Shown here in pieces: positions 10,771 to 24,608 of a stretch of DNA of 64,000 nt (the first letter of the stretch is position 1; each line of letters opens with the position of its first letter). The DNA comes from Stegostoma tigrinum (taxonomy: Eukaryota), in assembly GCF_030684315.1 (NCBI RefSeq), contig NC_081374.1, positions 33,516,630 to 33,580,629 of the forward strand, read 5' to 3'. Both the position numbers and the translations under genes were made by a program. The notes under the pieces were generated by a model. That model was not told the origin of the DNA and made no database searches. It saw nothing but the letters and a program-made list of their open reading frames with translations.

Positions 10771-11399
10771 TAGCAAATCAGAACTTTCTGGGTTATTCAC
10801 ACTAATAGATTCACACATCTGTAATAGCTTTTGTTGTAAGTCACTACATTAGTCTTCTGGAAGATTGCATTATATTCTATCTGACTTCTTAAGTACCTCA
10901 ACATTATTCCATCTGGCAACTAAAAGACAAGTCTTGAATTTTCAATTTCTGATTCATTTTCCAGTTATTTTGATATTTTTATTTATTTATTTCACTACAC
11001 ACATTTTTCTTCTGATTATTCTCCTTGACATAATGTCTCTTTAACATGTTATTGTGATACACTCACTGATTTTTCTTCCCGTTTGGAGATGTCACTGTGT
11101 AATTCACATCATTGAGTTTCTTTTCCGATATGATAAGCTCCAATAAACCGAGCCTTTTTTTTTGTTTTGTGCCTCCAGGGAAACAATGTTAACATATTGT
11201 CTCCAACAACAAAGTTCTGAATTTCAGCTATTTTATTCTCTCTAGGTTTGAATGTTTATCATGCACTTTTTAAGTGCTTTCTGGCCAACTCTCTCACAGT
11301 AGTTTTCCTTTGAAATTTAGGCTGAAAGTACAGTCTCTGAGCTTTGGTTATCAGTTTCTCTTCAATCAATTAAAGGGATGCTCTCATTCACGTCCTTCT

Positions 11400-11735
11400 G
11401 GACACAGTGGCACAGTGGTTAGCACTTCTGATTCACAGCACCAGGGACCAAGATTTGATTCCATGCCCAGGGGACTGTCTGTGTGGAGTTTGTACATTCA
11501 CCCCCTATCTGTGTGGGTTTCCTGCAGGTGCTCTGGTTTCCTCCCCCAGTCCAAACGTGTAGATTAGGTGGATTGGCTAAATTGTCCTTAGTGTCTAGGA
11601 ATATGTAGGCTTAAGGGAATTAGCCATGCAGGGTTACAAGGAGAGGAGAGGGGAGGGGAGAGGGTCTGGGTAAGATGCTCTTCGAAGAATCAGTGTGGAT
11701 CTGATGGACAGTATGATCTACAAGAAGGGATTGAA
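11400..11735 (+). mobile_element. tRNA-derived SINE (HE1-like)
   Basis: A-box-like tggcacagtggttagc, B-box-like gatttgattcc, body gtgtggagtttgtacattc...tgctctggtttcctcccccagtccaaa. Confidence 0.85.
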
Positions 11736-12804
11736 GGGTTGAAAGGTAAAAATGATTGAATCCTGCGAATGTTCCCAATGGAAAACATTAATGGTATCCT
11801 AGTCATTAGGATATTCCTGACAATAAACCTGATGGTCTGCAAAGTATAATGCCACCTTTCATTTCTCTTTGTGGATGATAAGCTGAACATGCATATTTTG
11901 TTATTCTAATAATAATCATAATAGTTACAACATATGAACTTTGACATGATTAGATTTCTTTGTTTAATACATTTCTGATAGAAAATTAAGCTACCTTTTC
12001 CATTTTTGTCATCATTATCTCCCAAAGTATGCTTAATGAAATCCATTGCAAACAAATATAATTGTTGAAGCATATTCTCATTCCTGCCTTCAGTTAGGAT
12101 CTGTTACAATCTGTTAGGATCCTGCGAAGCTATTCTTCAAAATCTTCTTTTATAGAAACATGATGTAGGTTTTATTGATGATTGACTTTGTCCGAGTACC
12201 TACTATAAATTTCATGTTGAGGAAAATTTGATTACATCTCTCTAATCCTAGTCAATTAGAATGTTTCAGTATTTTTGCCTGTGTTTTCTTGATATCTAAG
12301 TTATTTTGAGAGCCTCTTGTAAAATTTAATTACCATTCTCAGATGAAGCTATAAGCTGATGGACAGCTGTTCATCCCTCAATAGCTGGCATTTGAGGTGG
12401 TCTCCATTTTCACTTAATGCTTTTCAAATAATAATACTCGGGTAGTGGTTCTGAGTAGATGATTTGGTATAAATCTGAATTTCAGATTCTTTTTTCTACA
12501 GCCTTCTTTTCCACTTAATCAAATTGTCTTGTAACTGGATTTCCAAGTCATCTCCTTTTCTTTTCATATCCTCTTCCTCTTCCTAATTCCTCAATTCTTT
12601 GGGCCTTAGACCTAGCACAGTGTGAGGAAGCTATCCAGGATGTTCTTTCTGTAACATTTCAATTTAATTTACAACTGCTGGGTTCCAAAACCCTTTGTGA
12701 GGCCAATTATTTAAAACATCTGGGTTATTCCCCAAGATAACATCAATTCCTTCCATAAGGATTTGTTTAACCACTCTGACTGTATCTTTTCATTTATTAA
12801 GTCA

Positions 12805-13520
12805 AAGCACAAAGAACAAAGAAAATTACAGCACAGGAACAGGCCCTTCAGCCCTCCAAGCCTGCGCCAATCCAGATCCTCTATCTAAACACGTCCCCTA
12901 TTTTCCAAGGATCTGTATTCCTCTGCTCCCTGCTCATTCATGTATCTGTCTAGATATATCTTAAATCACACTATCATGCCCGCCTCTACCACCTCCACTG
13001 GCAATGTGTTCCAGGCACCCACCACCCTCTGCGTAAAGAACTTTCCATGTATATCTCCCTTAAACTTTCCTCCTCTCACCTTGAAATCATGACTCCTAGT
13101 AATTGAGTCCCCCACTCTGGGGGGGAAAAAGCTTCTTGCTATCCACCCTGTCTATACCTCTCATAATTCTGCAGACCACAATCAGGTTCGGCCTCAGCCT
13201 CCATTTTTCTAATGTAAATAATTCTAACCTACTCAACATTTTTTCATAGCTAGTGCCCTCCATTTCAGGCAACATCCTGGTGAACCGCCTCTGCTTCCTG
13301 TCTAAAATATCCACGTCATTTTGGTAACATGGCGACCAGAACTGTACACAGCATTCCAAATGTAGTCGAACCAAAGTCCTATACAACTGTAACATGACCT
13401 GCCAACTCTTGTACTCGGTACTCCGTCCAGTGAATGAAAGCATGCTGTATGCCTTCTTGACCACTCTATCGACTTGCGTTGCCAGCTCCAGAGTACAATG
13501 GACCTGAACATCCAGATTGA
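12805..13520 (-). mobile_element. CR1-type LINE 3' fragment
   Basis: ORF 13096..13533 (LYRTLVRLHLECCVQFWSP, QRRFTRMLP) and a short-repeat tail aaagcacaaagaacaaag. Confidence 0.9.
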
Positions 13521-16500
13521 AGTCACTCTTCAATCCAACAGTGTAGATTGGGACTGGTTTGTGATCTCCATGACAACACCCGCTAATATTTTCTCCTTCA
13601 ATAACTTCCCTGAAAGTTAAAAGTTATAATCAGGCAGCACCTTTGACTCGCTCTGACTATGTTTACATATTTACTGGTTTAATTATTTGATTAGAAGAAT
13701 AAGGAAATATATCATCTTTTTGAGATGACTATTCAGACATCTAATGGTCTGATTCACTTTATCAATAGTTAAGGAAGAATCTTCTTGTTTGTACTGAATA
13801 ATCTTTCCTTTATTATTAGATTCTAATCAAGTATGTTCTCTTTATACAACAGCCAATTTTAAAACCTACATTCATTCCTAAGACACCATTATCTGAATAT
13901 TCCTTCAGCATTCCAGTACTGTAATCAGTCTCCTATTTAACTTCCAACAAATAGATTTGTCTAGTCATATTACAATGGAAACAAGTTATATTCTTTACAT
14001 CACCTTAAGGTTCTAACATTTCTCTTTTATTACTTTGGCCTCCTTTTTGTTTGTTCTCTGAAACTAGCACCTCTTCCAGTCACAAATTGTGTTTTTCTCC
14101 AATTTCTTTGTAGATTCCAGTATACCCATCTCCTCATAGGAAACTAATGTAGAATTTCTTACATATATGTCAGAGGTCCTGTTTCTCTAATGCTCAAAAC
14201 TAGATAGTTATCAAAACATATGTTACATTTACTGGAATATTATTTTTGAATTCTTCCATGATCAGAGTTGTCTTATGTTCTCAATTTTTTTTTTACTGAC
14301 TTCAGCGATCAAAACCACTAGCCCCACAGCATTTCTTATTCACTTGTATATTGTACAAATGTCTGATTTAGTTTTTTTTTCCCTTGAAGCTTGTTGATTG
14401 AAATTTACCACTACATGGTCTAGCTCATAAGCTTTGTGTATTGCTTTTTGAGCAGTTTCACATTTGACAGACTGTTCTTCTTACAAAGCCATGTGCACAG
14501 TCATAGCTGTGTCTCTGTAGAAAACTATTGTGACATTTAAGATCAGTACAAATTCCCATCACTTTGTTTAGTTATGTTTTCAAATGCAGCAGAAACATCT
14601 TGCAATTCTATTCTTGACAACTGTAGATGCTAAATGTAGATTTCTGATGAAATCAAATCAGTCATTAGAGTCAGATTCATCCTCCAAGCTAACACCTTCT
14701 ATCTATTCTTATTCTAAGCTTTTCTCTGTTCATTTCATGTGGGCTTTTTCTTTACCTCCTTATCATCCACTACTTTTTAAATTCTATTTCAGGTTGTTTT
14801 GTCTTTTTTTTTCAACCTGCCTTATTTCTATTTTTTTTCCTTTCTATTTCACTTTTCCTTTCAATGCAAATCATTTCATTTTTCTTTTTGTCTCTCCAAG
14901 TCATAGCCATGCCTTCACTAATTCTAGTGATCACACAGTTAATCCCTCCTTCTGACTCTGTTAGGTAATTACTTTAATCATCTCGTCTTTAGAAGGTCCA
15001 GGTTTCACTTCTAACTTCAATCTGTTTAAACACTTCATTTTAACCTGTGTCAAAGACATCAATAATCTGTTATTATGTCTCTTTCTCTCAGAAAAGCCTA
15101 AGCAACACTGAAACCCATTTTGACAGTCCAAGCTGTGCAATAAAGCTTACTACAACACACCTATGTTAAGTCCAGAGCCTCTGTCTATTTTCTTTTAGAA
15201 AGGACATAGATCTTTCTTAAATTCAATGAATTTCCAATCCTGGATAGACTTTATTGCAATGCCAGCTTACATGACTATTGGGGAAATCAGATACTAGAAT
15301 GAAACCTAGTTTGGTAGATCGAGGTTTTTTTGTTTGTTTAGTTAAATAACACAGTGGTTAGTCACTGAAACACAAGGTTGCAAACGTCCTTTAACAATTA
15401 GACATGCATTCATTGCACAAATGAGAGAAAAATAACAAACCAAGTGATAGATAGATACAGGAGGCATTTTAGAAATATCTTTACATGAGCAGCAGGACCT
15501 TTAACCTGTTTCACAACACTATCCATTATGGGCACTTAAGTCCAGAGAAATTATATTCACATCTTAACACTTTAAGTTGGTACTTAACTAATTCCTTCCA
15601 TTTTCCTTTCTAAGAATAGAGCCAATTGTACAATTCATACCTGTGTCTGCTGGCATGAACCTTTCATAGACCACAGGACCTCCACTTGCTCAATTTTAGT
15701 CAACTTGAAGACTCCATACAAGTTTTCTTGGCTTGCCAATCCGAAGGCCCTCTGTTTATTTGACTTATTTCCTTGGCTTGAACTGAAAAAAGTTGATTCT
15801 CCTGTTCTAAAGTCAAAACAAATGACTTTGTTCTGTTTACTCCACCCCCTTCTCATCCCCCTCGCTAGTAATATTGCTATTATAAACACCTTATCCATTA
15901 ACATGATGGTGGCTTTCCTAAGCACTTGGTTAGCCACATGCTTTCCTAGCGATAGCACATTTAAGTTACTGTTCCTAATGGCTTTCTGACCTTTCAAAAG
16001 GCATTCAGAAAACTGAGCAAAATCTCTCTTCCTCTATTTGGTTCTTGCGTTTTAAAAATAATATTACAAATGAGACATCTTACATCCCATATGGTCCTGG
16101 TTGAGTTTTGGGGTTGGTTGGGGGGGGAATGCATCAGCTTTCTCTTGGGAGGGGAAGATGCCTTTTAGGGTGTTCAAATATCCTTGAGATCGTTAAAAGT
16201 ACACATTGATTTAAAAACTGAATAAAGCTTACTGTCAAAGAACTGTCAAAAAGCCGTTGACACGCTCTCAAAGTCTCAGCTAAGGAAGTAAAATGAAATA
16301 AACATCAGTGCTGGTTATTTCACTGTCTGTTGACATCACCTCATTTAAGATTTGTGCTTTATGATTATAACCCCAATCTATCATACTCACGCTGAGCTCC
16401 TGTTACATGAGCAGTTTGATAGTCAACTTATAAGTACTTATAGAATGGAAGTGTTAGTTCTTTTTTCCAACTAATTGTTTGTGAAAGAAACAATATATTG

Positions 16501-17249
16501 AACTTTTTTAAGTCTACGTATTATTTTTAATAATGACATCATAATAGGCACTTTATTTTATGTCTGCACGGCTCCTGAAGTATGGATAAGTGAACATTTG
16601 GCATGGAGAAGGAATGGCAAGAGGTGGTGTGTGGGGATTATGGATTAGCATGATTAACACTAAATTGGTACAAAGACTAGAAAGAGGCATTGGGATGAGT
16701 GAGGGTGATAGGTTAGCATAGGGATAGAAAAGTTATGGAGGTGTGTCACACTCTTGAAATACATGGAGGGTGCTGGGGACCTCTGGCGATGGGGATGTAG
16801 CAGAGTTATTAGGGATTATGTGAGTTGTTTAGAATTTAGAATTAGCTTCATTGTCACATGTACTCAAGAGTACGGTGAAAATCTTACAAGTCACCACCCA
16901 TGGTGCTATCTTAGGTACAAAGCTACCCAGGTACAGATTCTTAAGTACAAATTAGGGGAAATTAAAGAAATAAAAAGCTCAGAATTGTGTAGGACATTGG
17001 CAGATGTGGAAGATGTTACAGGCAATTGATATGTACAGGACATTTAAGTAGCAAATGTTGAGTTTGCATAGATGCAAGATGAGTGCGTAAGAGAAAGAGG
17101 CAGGGGGAAATAAAACAGGTGACATGAAATACTGGGAGTTGATTTGGTTTCCTGTTGGGTGAGCTAAGTAAATCACCCTAGTTTTGCACCCATGTTTGTG
17201 ATTTACTTTAAGTTGGGGTGAATAATAAATAGTGCAGGTTGGTACAGCA

Positions 17250-17920
17250 CACTGCAAAGGAACAAGGATGCATCAGGGAGCAGACAAATTGATGGCAAAT
17301 ACAGTCCAATACTGGTACTTGTAAGATCATCATCTGTTTTCAGTCCATGGGAAATAAATCAGAACAGGCTGTACATGCTGAGAAACTATCAGAAAGATTA
17401 GCAAGGCAATTTGGGAATCAAAGTATATAAATCATTAAAGGCTAACTGAGCACTAAACACAACAAAAAATAATCATGGAATACGAGCCTTCATCTCAAGG
17501 GGACTGAAATAGAGAGTTGGAATTTATTCTTTTGTTTCGGGTTCTGTTCAGGCCCTATCTAGAGCACTGCATTCACTTTTGAATACAACTCTTGGAATGA
17601 ATGTGTTCCCCCTGGAGAGACCCAGGTACAGATGCATTTGGATTATACCAGCGCTTGGAGGTGCAAGTTATGGCCCAGGGGTGCATACAAGTTTTTGATC
17701 CTTCAATTAGAAGACCAAGGATGGTTTAGTAGTTGTGTTTAAAATTATAAATGAATTGCTTAGTCGAAAGGAATCCAGCGTTGAAATCTTGATGTATTTT
17801 GTACTTCTTTTAAGTGCACTGTAAGTATGAAACATCTGCTCTAACTTCAATTGAAATATGTAAACGAAGATTGTCAAGTTTATTAATTAAGCATGTTGAG
17901 GATTATAAGGTTATTTGTGA
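17250..17920 (+). mobile_element. Highly degraded CR1-type 3' fragment
   Basis: ctgttcaggccctatctagagcactgcattcac (LVRP.LE.C.Q-like) and gtgtttaaaattataa. Confidence 0.55.
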
Positions 17921-18099
17921 CTATATATAGAAAGTTATACACACGCAATTTTCCTTGGCAGACAACAGGATCTCAAAAGGGTTCTTGAGCTGAGATTTTG
18001 GGCATTGATCTCTGACGTCAGCAGTGGTTGCCCTGGGAAAAGGCAAAACACTTCTACTTGTTCCCCTCAGTTAATACAGCCCAAGTTTCTTGAGGATTC

Positions 18100-19070
18100 T
18101 GACCAGCAGTGTTCTGCTGTGCCCAATGCTATTTGTCATTTATATAAATGATTTAGATCAGAATGTAGGATGCATGCTTAGTAAGCTTGCAGATAACACC
18201 AATATTAGTGGTATAATGGACAGTAAAGGTTATCTAAGAGCATAATGAGATCTTGATCCACTTGGCCGAGGAGTGGCAGATGGAATTTAATTTGGATAAA
18301 TGCATGGTGTTGCATTTTAAGATAAACCACGGCAGAACTTTCTTAGTTAATCATAGGACCCTGGTGAGTGTTGTCAAACAGAGAGGCCTAGGGGATCAGG
18401 TACATATTCCTTGAAATTGGTGTCACAGGTAGACTGTGGTAAAGAAGGCATCTGGCATGTTTGCCTTCAGTGTTCAGAACATTGGGTTTATGAGTTAGGA
18501 CGTCATGTTGTGGCTGAATAGGACATTGGTGAGACTACTTTTGGAGTACTGCATACAATTCTGGTTGCCCTTCTATAGGAAGCACATTATTGAATTGGAA
18601 GGGGTGCAGAAAAGATTTACAAGGATGTTACCGGGTCTGGAGGGCTTGTGTTACAAGGAGAGACTGGATAGGCTGGTACTTTCCTCGTTGGAGTGTAGGA
18701 GATTGAGGGGTGAACTTATTGAGGTTTATAGAGTCATGAGGGGCATCAATAAGGTGAATATCCAAGGTCTTTTCCCCAGGGTAAGGGAGTTCAAAACTAG
18801 AGGTCACAGGTTTAAGGTGAGAGGAGAAGGATTTAGAAAGGATCTGAGAGTCAACTTTTGTGCACAAGTGGTGACGTATATATGCAATGAACTGCCAGAG
18901 GAAGTGGTACAGATTCAACATTTAAAAGACATGTACATGGAGAACTACATGAATAGGAAAGAATGAGCAGAATATGGGCAAATGTGAGTAGCTTAGTTTG
19001 GGAAGTCTGGTTGGCATGGATGAATTGTACCAACTGGCCTGTTTTTGTGCTGTATGATTGAGTCTATCTA
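18100..19070 (+). mobile_element. CR1-type LINE 3' part
   Basis: ORF 18505..18966 (LVRLLLEYCIQFW, GVQKRFTRMLPGL, TRGHRFKV); upstream IYINDL and LADNT motifs. Confidence 0.9.
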
Positions 19071-19424
19071 AGCATTGCCTACTCATCCCTAGCACTATCT
19101 CAATGTATCTACATTACACCTTTACCAAAAATAATATTTAAGTAAAATTGAACATCGCAAACTCTACATTAGTTGCAAAGATTTTATTTAAAGAAAAACA
19201 TTAGTATCAATTAAGTGATTTGTTAAACATTACAGTGAATATGTTGCAATTTGTTGAGCATCATAAACTCAATAATGAGCAGTACTTGATTAATAAGATT
19301 TTATATAATTTAGGACAAGCTACACTGTGCACAGTGATGAACAGTAAATAGCCTGTTTTATATGCAGATAGTTAGTTGTACCTATGTCTCATAACAAAAG
19401 GCTTTCACTTTAACATGCTCTTAT

Positions 19425-21450
19425 GGCACACTGACCTTACCATAGCTGAGGCCAGGTGCCAACTCTCCTCCTACCGCCCCTTGAAACAAAACATCATCTC
19501 TCAAGCCATTCATAACTTCACCTCAGGTGACCTCCCACCCAAAGCCTCTAACCTTTTTATTCCCCACCCCTGCACCACCCGTTTCTATCTCCTTCCCAAA
19601 ATCCACAGACCTGACTGTCTCAGCTGACCCATTATCTCTGCCTGCTCCTGCCCCACTGAGCCTATCTCTGCTTACCCTGACCCTGTTTTCTCCTCCCCGG
19701 TCCAGGAACTTCCCAACTGCATCAGGGACACCAACCACACCCTCCACTTCCTCCAAGACTTCTAATTCCATGGTCCCCAACTCCTCATCCCCACTACGGA
19801 CATGCAATCCCTACACACTTGTATTCCCCATGTGGATAACCTAAAAGATTGCTTCTTCCTCTCCCGCAGTCCCAAGTAGTTCCCCACCACTGACCCCCTC
19901 ATCCGCTTAACTGAACTCCTTCTTAGCCTCAACAACTTCTCCTTTAACTCCGTTCACTTCCTGCGGACTAAGGGGGTGGCCAGGGGCACCCACATGAACC
20001 CAAGCTATGCCTGCCTCTGTTTAAGATATGTAGAACAGTCCCTCTTCCGTAGCTACACTGGCACTATCCCCCACCTCTTCCTCCATTTCATTGACTGTAT
20101 CGGTGTTCCCCTGCGAAGCTTGGACAGTTCATCAACTTTACTAGCACCTTCCACCCCAACCGCAAATTCACCTGGACCATCTCCAATGCCTCCCTCTCCT
20201 CTTTGAACATCTCTGTCTCCATCTCTGGGGACTGCCTCAAAACTGGCATCTATTACAAGCCCACTGACTCCCACAGCTACCTAGACTACGCCTCCTCTCG
20301 CCCACCCTCCTGCAAGAAGAGCCTTCCCCTAGTCCCAATTCCTCTGCCTCGACTGCATCGTGGAGTGTTCCGCTCATCACATTCCCGGATGTCCTCCTAT
20401 TTCAAGGACCGTAACTTCACACCCTCTGGTGATTAAAAATGCCCTCAACCACATCTCTTGTGTTTGCTGTATATCCGCCCTCACATCCCCACCCCCAACA
20501 AAAATAAAACCAGAATCCCCCTTGGTCTCACATCACCCCACCAACCTCCTCATCCAACGTAATATTCTCCGCCACATCCACCATCTACAATCCGACCCCA
20601 CAACTAAAGGTATATTTCCCTCCCCATTTCCATCTGCGTTTTATAGGGATTGCGCTCTCACTGTGTGACTACTTTGTCAGCTCCACACTCCCTACTAGCC
20701 CCAGCACCTTTCCTTGCAACTGCAGGAAGTGCTACACCTGCCCCTACACCTCCCCCCCACATCACCTCCATCCAAGGCACAAAACAAACCTTCCACATTA
20801 GACAAGGATACACCTGGACATTTGTCAATGTGGTCTATTTTATCTGCTGCTCCTCATCTGGCTTCTGCTACATCGGTGAGACCTAGCATGAGACTTGCAA
20901 GGCATTTTGTAGAGCACCTTCACTCGGTTCACAACAAAGCATTTTAACTCTCACTGCCACTCCCTGGGTGACATGTTTCTCCTGGGGATCCTCCAGTGTC
21001 ACAATGATGCCAGCTGCAACCTGCAGGAGCAGCAACTCATATTCCGCCTCAGAAGCCTACAGCCCGATGGTTCCCCTAAACGTGGATATTACTAGTTTCA
21101 AAATCTCCCCACCGTCAGCCTCATCCCATGACCACCCCTCCCTCTCATCTCCACCTCCTTGACTTGACACAACCTGTCCATCTTCTCTCCCACCTATCTG
21201 CCCTTCCCACCTCACTGACCGATCCCCTACCTGCACTCAGCTAGCACTATCCCATCTACCTTCCCCAGCCCTATCCCTCTTCTCTCTCTCTTTTTATTTC
21301 TGGGTTCCCTTCCCCCTCACCACTTCTGAAGAAGGGTCCCAACCCGAAACATCAACTTTCCTGCTCCTCTGATGCTGCCTGGCCTGCTGTGTTCCTCCAG
21401 CTCCACACTGTGTTATCTCTGACTCCAGCATCTGCAGTTCTTATTATCCC
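19425..21450 (+). mobile_element. Older, non-inverted, 5'-truncated PLE (RT, GIY-YIG, 3' UTR with HHR-like motif)
   Basis: Frameshifted peptides FYLLPKIHRPD, GTHMNPSYACL, YKPTDSHSYL, NVVYFICC..YIGET. ctgaagaagggtcccaacccgaaacatc at about 21326. Possible TSD core ttaacatg (19410, 21454). Confidence 0.92.
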
Positions 21451-24231
21451 CGCTTAACATGTTGCCTCAATCAGGAGAAAAAAAAACATTCATAGATTAG
21501 ACGCCTTTGGATTTCAAAGTAAGTCAAAGTTTTGTTGTATGTAGTTTCAAACACTTCACTGGGCTCTTTCTTTATATAATTGGTTTGAATTTTAGTTTAT
21601 CATATCATTCTGTTTCTATCAAACGATATAAAGGCATTTATTGGATACATTTGAAAATTATACTTCTGATCATCATGGGACATTGATAGCAAATATGCCA
21701 TCCTCGTTCAGCACGGGCTGAGCAACAGATATCAGTATGTATTCACTCTACCTGTGCTTCAGACTGTTAAATCCCCACACTCCACCCTTGACTCTCCTAT
21801 GCATAATCAAACTTTGGCATCTATATACGTTGTGTTAACACAGTCACCTAACAAAACGCCTCCCACCTAATCAAAATCTAGTGATTAGCTTTGATACTTC
21901 AGTAAAGTTGGAAGTTATCCTGTCTATTCTGCACTGGTCCATAATGAAAAAAAGTATTTGATGCATGCATACTTAAGGGATACATGGAAGTAGCTTGTTA
22001 ACAATCAGTTTACTGTTTCACTTCAGTCTAGATGTTATTATTGTTGGTTATCCATTAACATTGAAGAGTTTTCTATTGTCAGATAACACTTTAAATTGAG
22101 GTTTATTGCTTTAATTTTTTGATTCTTTGATCATTTAATGGGCAAGTAGGAAGTGATTCATTTATACACAAATGCTGGTATTTAACAGGCATCAAGCAAA
22201 TATATCACATTTATAATGCTGATAAAATATTATCACACTCATCTGATTTTCTATAAAGTTTGTTTTTGAGCCATAGAAATCAAAAGTTAGGCAGGGATCA
22301 ATTAAATTCATATTGTCAACTATTATGCAGCTGTTTGTTTGTCAGATGCAACAACTTCTATGGCAATGCCTTTAGGTTTAGGTGCCACTTCTGATCAGGA
22401 CACTCCATATGCTATCAATGTTAAAGGTGGTCACAGAATCCATTTATAAGAAGTTTAATACTTTACTATCAGTTACTCCAAATTACCATTAGCTATAAAT
22501 TGATCTACAGGAAAATGATATTGGCATCCTTATGGCATGGCAGTTTGTCTGTTGCTGGCAATCATTTCCACTCAATCTATATGTGATACTCTGAATAGAT
22601 CCTAAGAAACAAGTGGTTGCTCAAATATTAATTGATTTAGTTCATAAACTGGTTAAATTTAATCAAGTCTTCCAAAATACTAATGAAGAATGTGACGCAC
22701 TATAGTCCATTTATATGTAAGCCTATATAATTTGGAAAGCAATGTAAGGAGATCATTGCACTAAGAACACATTTCATTTGATTAATAAACTGTTTTAAAA
22801 AGAAATGTTAGTTTGAGATGAGCTAAGATATTGTGACTGAAGAACCAATTTAACAGGCAGCAAAAAACAACCTTGTTCCTTAGAGCTTGCAGTCCATTTT
22901 TTTTTAGGAAGTCTGCATTACTTTTCGTTCTCTTGAGCACGGAGAAACTGAGTTTGCAGTGATCGGAAGAACAACCACATGCAATGCTTGCAGCAAAACA
23001 GATGACATTAATTTCATTAAAAGGACCTATTACTGGATGTGCAAATTGTTTATTGAGATGATAAATAGTCTTCAGGCACTTAAATTAAATTGATTGTTCT
23101 TATAATTTGTTATGCATATTGTAATTGACAACAACACGATGAGAAGAAATGATTTTATCTGTTAAATGTTCTTATACCTAAGTGACAAATTACATAGAAT
23201 ATATATCTTTGGAAACTTATTGATCCAAATTTTTCATGCCAGTAAACTCTGAAATTAAACCTAACTTTAAATATTCGTGTTGTGATGGTTATTGCATTCT
23301 ACCTAATGCAATGAGTTATCCCTAAGGTGCAAAAGCTGTTTGATATTAGTTTCAATCTTGTCTGGACAGATGGTGTGAAGTTTTCTTTTTCCAGCCAAAC
23401 ATCATGTGGCTCCTATACAGGACTGCCCACCATTTTAAAAACAACAATGTTTGAGTTGCTTCCTCTCACTAAAACAGGGCACCATAATGGCTAATGCTGA
23501 ACTGGAAATATCCATTTTGTGAGCCTACATTATCACAACAAATTAGACCTATAAAATATGCTGCAATAATTATTGAAGAAATTGATGTTGATGCTGAGTG
23601 CTAAAGAGAAGTATAATATCAACCAACTGAATGACAGCATTGTATATAAAGCAAACAGTATTAATACCATATTGCCTTCCTCTTTAAGAAAACTTTAAGT
23701 TGAATGCATCTTTACTTGTCCAAAATCAATAGTTTGTTAGATAATAATTGTTCCAAGGAATATGGAGATGGCAAGGGAATTGCATTAAGATAGATGTATA
23801 GTCATGGTCTAGAATGGCACAGTAGGCACAAGAGGCTGAATGACCTACTTGGTCTGATGTCCATATGTTCATCACAGATCTGAATCTTACCCAAGGTTAT
23901 TAATGGTTACATTAGTGCAGCAACCAGCATGGACATTTATTAATGTCTTTCAAAGTAATAATACCTACCTAACTGTTATTCATTAAATGTTGGAAATTAT
24001 GTACATAGGCTAGATATGGTTTGTGGTGCTTATATGAAAGCTAAATAGTGAAGTTCAGCATCAAAAGCAAAAAAAAAGTGCCAGTTATATTGAACAGGTT
24101 AGTCAGCGTCAGTGAGGAACAACAATGGTATGCATTTCAGGTTAATGACCATTATTAGAACTGTTAAATGAAGAGAAGTAGCAAGTTTCTGGACAGTAAA
24201 AAGAACATGAGAAGGAAGTGTCAAGTGTGGT

Positions 24232-24608
24232 AGGGAGGCACTGTGGCATGATGGCTAGTACCATTGTCTCACATTGCCAGGGACTCTAGTTTGATTACTG
24301 CTTTGGGTAACTATCTGTGTGAAAGTTGTATGTTCTTGCTATGGCTGCATGAGTTTCCATCGAATGCTTCAGTTTCCTCCCAAAGTCCAAAGATGTGCAG
24401 CCAAATGGATTGGCCATGCTATATTGTACATATTGTTCAGGGATATGCAGGTTAGGTAGATTACCCATGGGAAATGCTGGGTTTAAGGAAGTTGGGCTGG
24501 GCCTGGGTGGGATGCTCTTTGAAGGATCAGTGCAGACACAGTGTGCTGAATGGCCTCTTTCCACATTGTAGAGGTTCTATGATTCTACTGTACATTTCTA
24601 TTCTATGA
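24232..24608 (+). mobile_element. tRNA-derived SINE (HE1-like)
   Basis: Homologous to 11400-11735; CR1-like 3' end gctgaatggcctctttccacattgtag..ttctatga. Confidence 0.85.

Larger units (their letters stand above)
9800..14600 (-). mobile_element. Ancient L1/Tx1-like LINE relic, fragmented by later insertions
   Basis: The minus strand shows eroded ORF2 motifs in the expected order: GD (about 13570), WR..QLLRDEQ (about 12400), FYK..FEE (about 12140), DQSGFI and GNIRR (about 11770-11840). Sense strand is A-rich. Confidence 0.5.

Noticed and set aside
11400-11470. tRNA genes at the SINE heads
   Set aside because: A/B-box-like heads continue into SINE bodies and do not form convincing cloverleaves.
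14584-14955. 123-aa hydrophobic ORF as a membrane protein
   Set aside because: Low-complexity T-rich sequence gives a Phe/Leu/Ser-rich translation with no recognisable motif.
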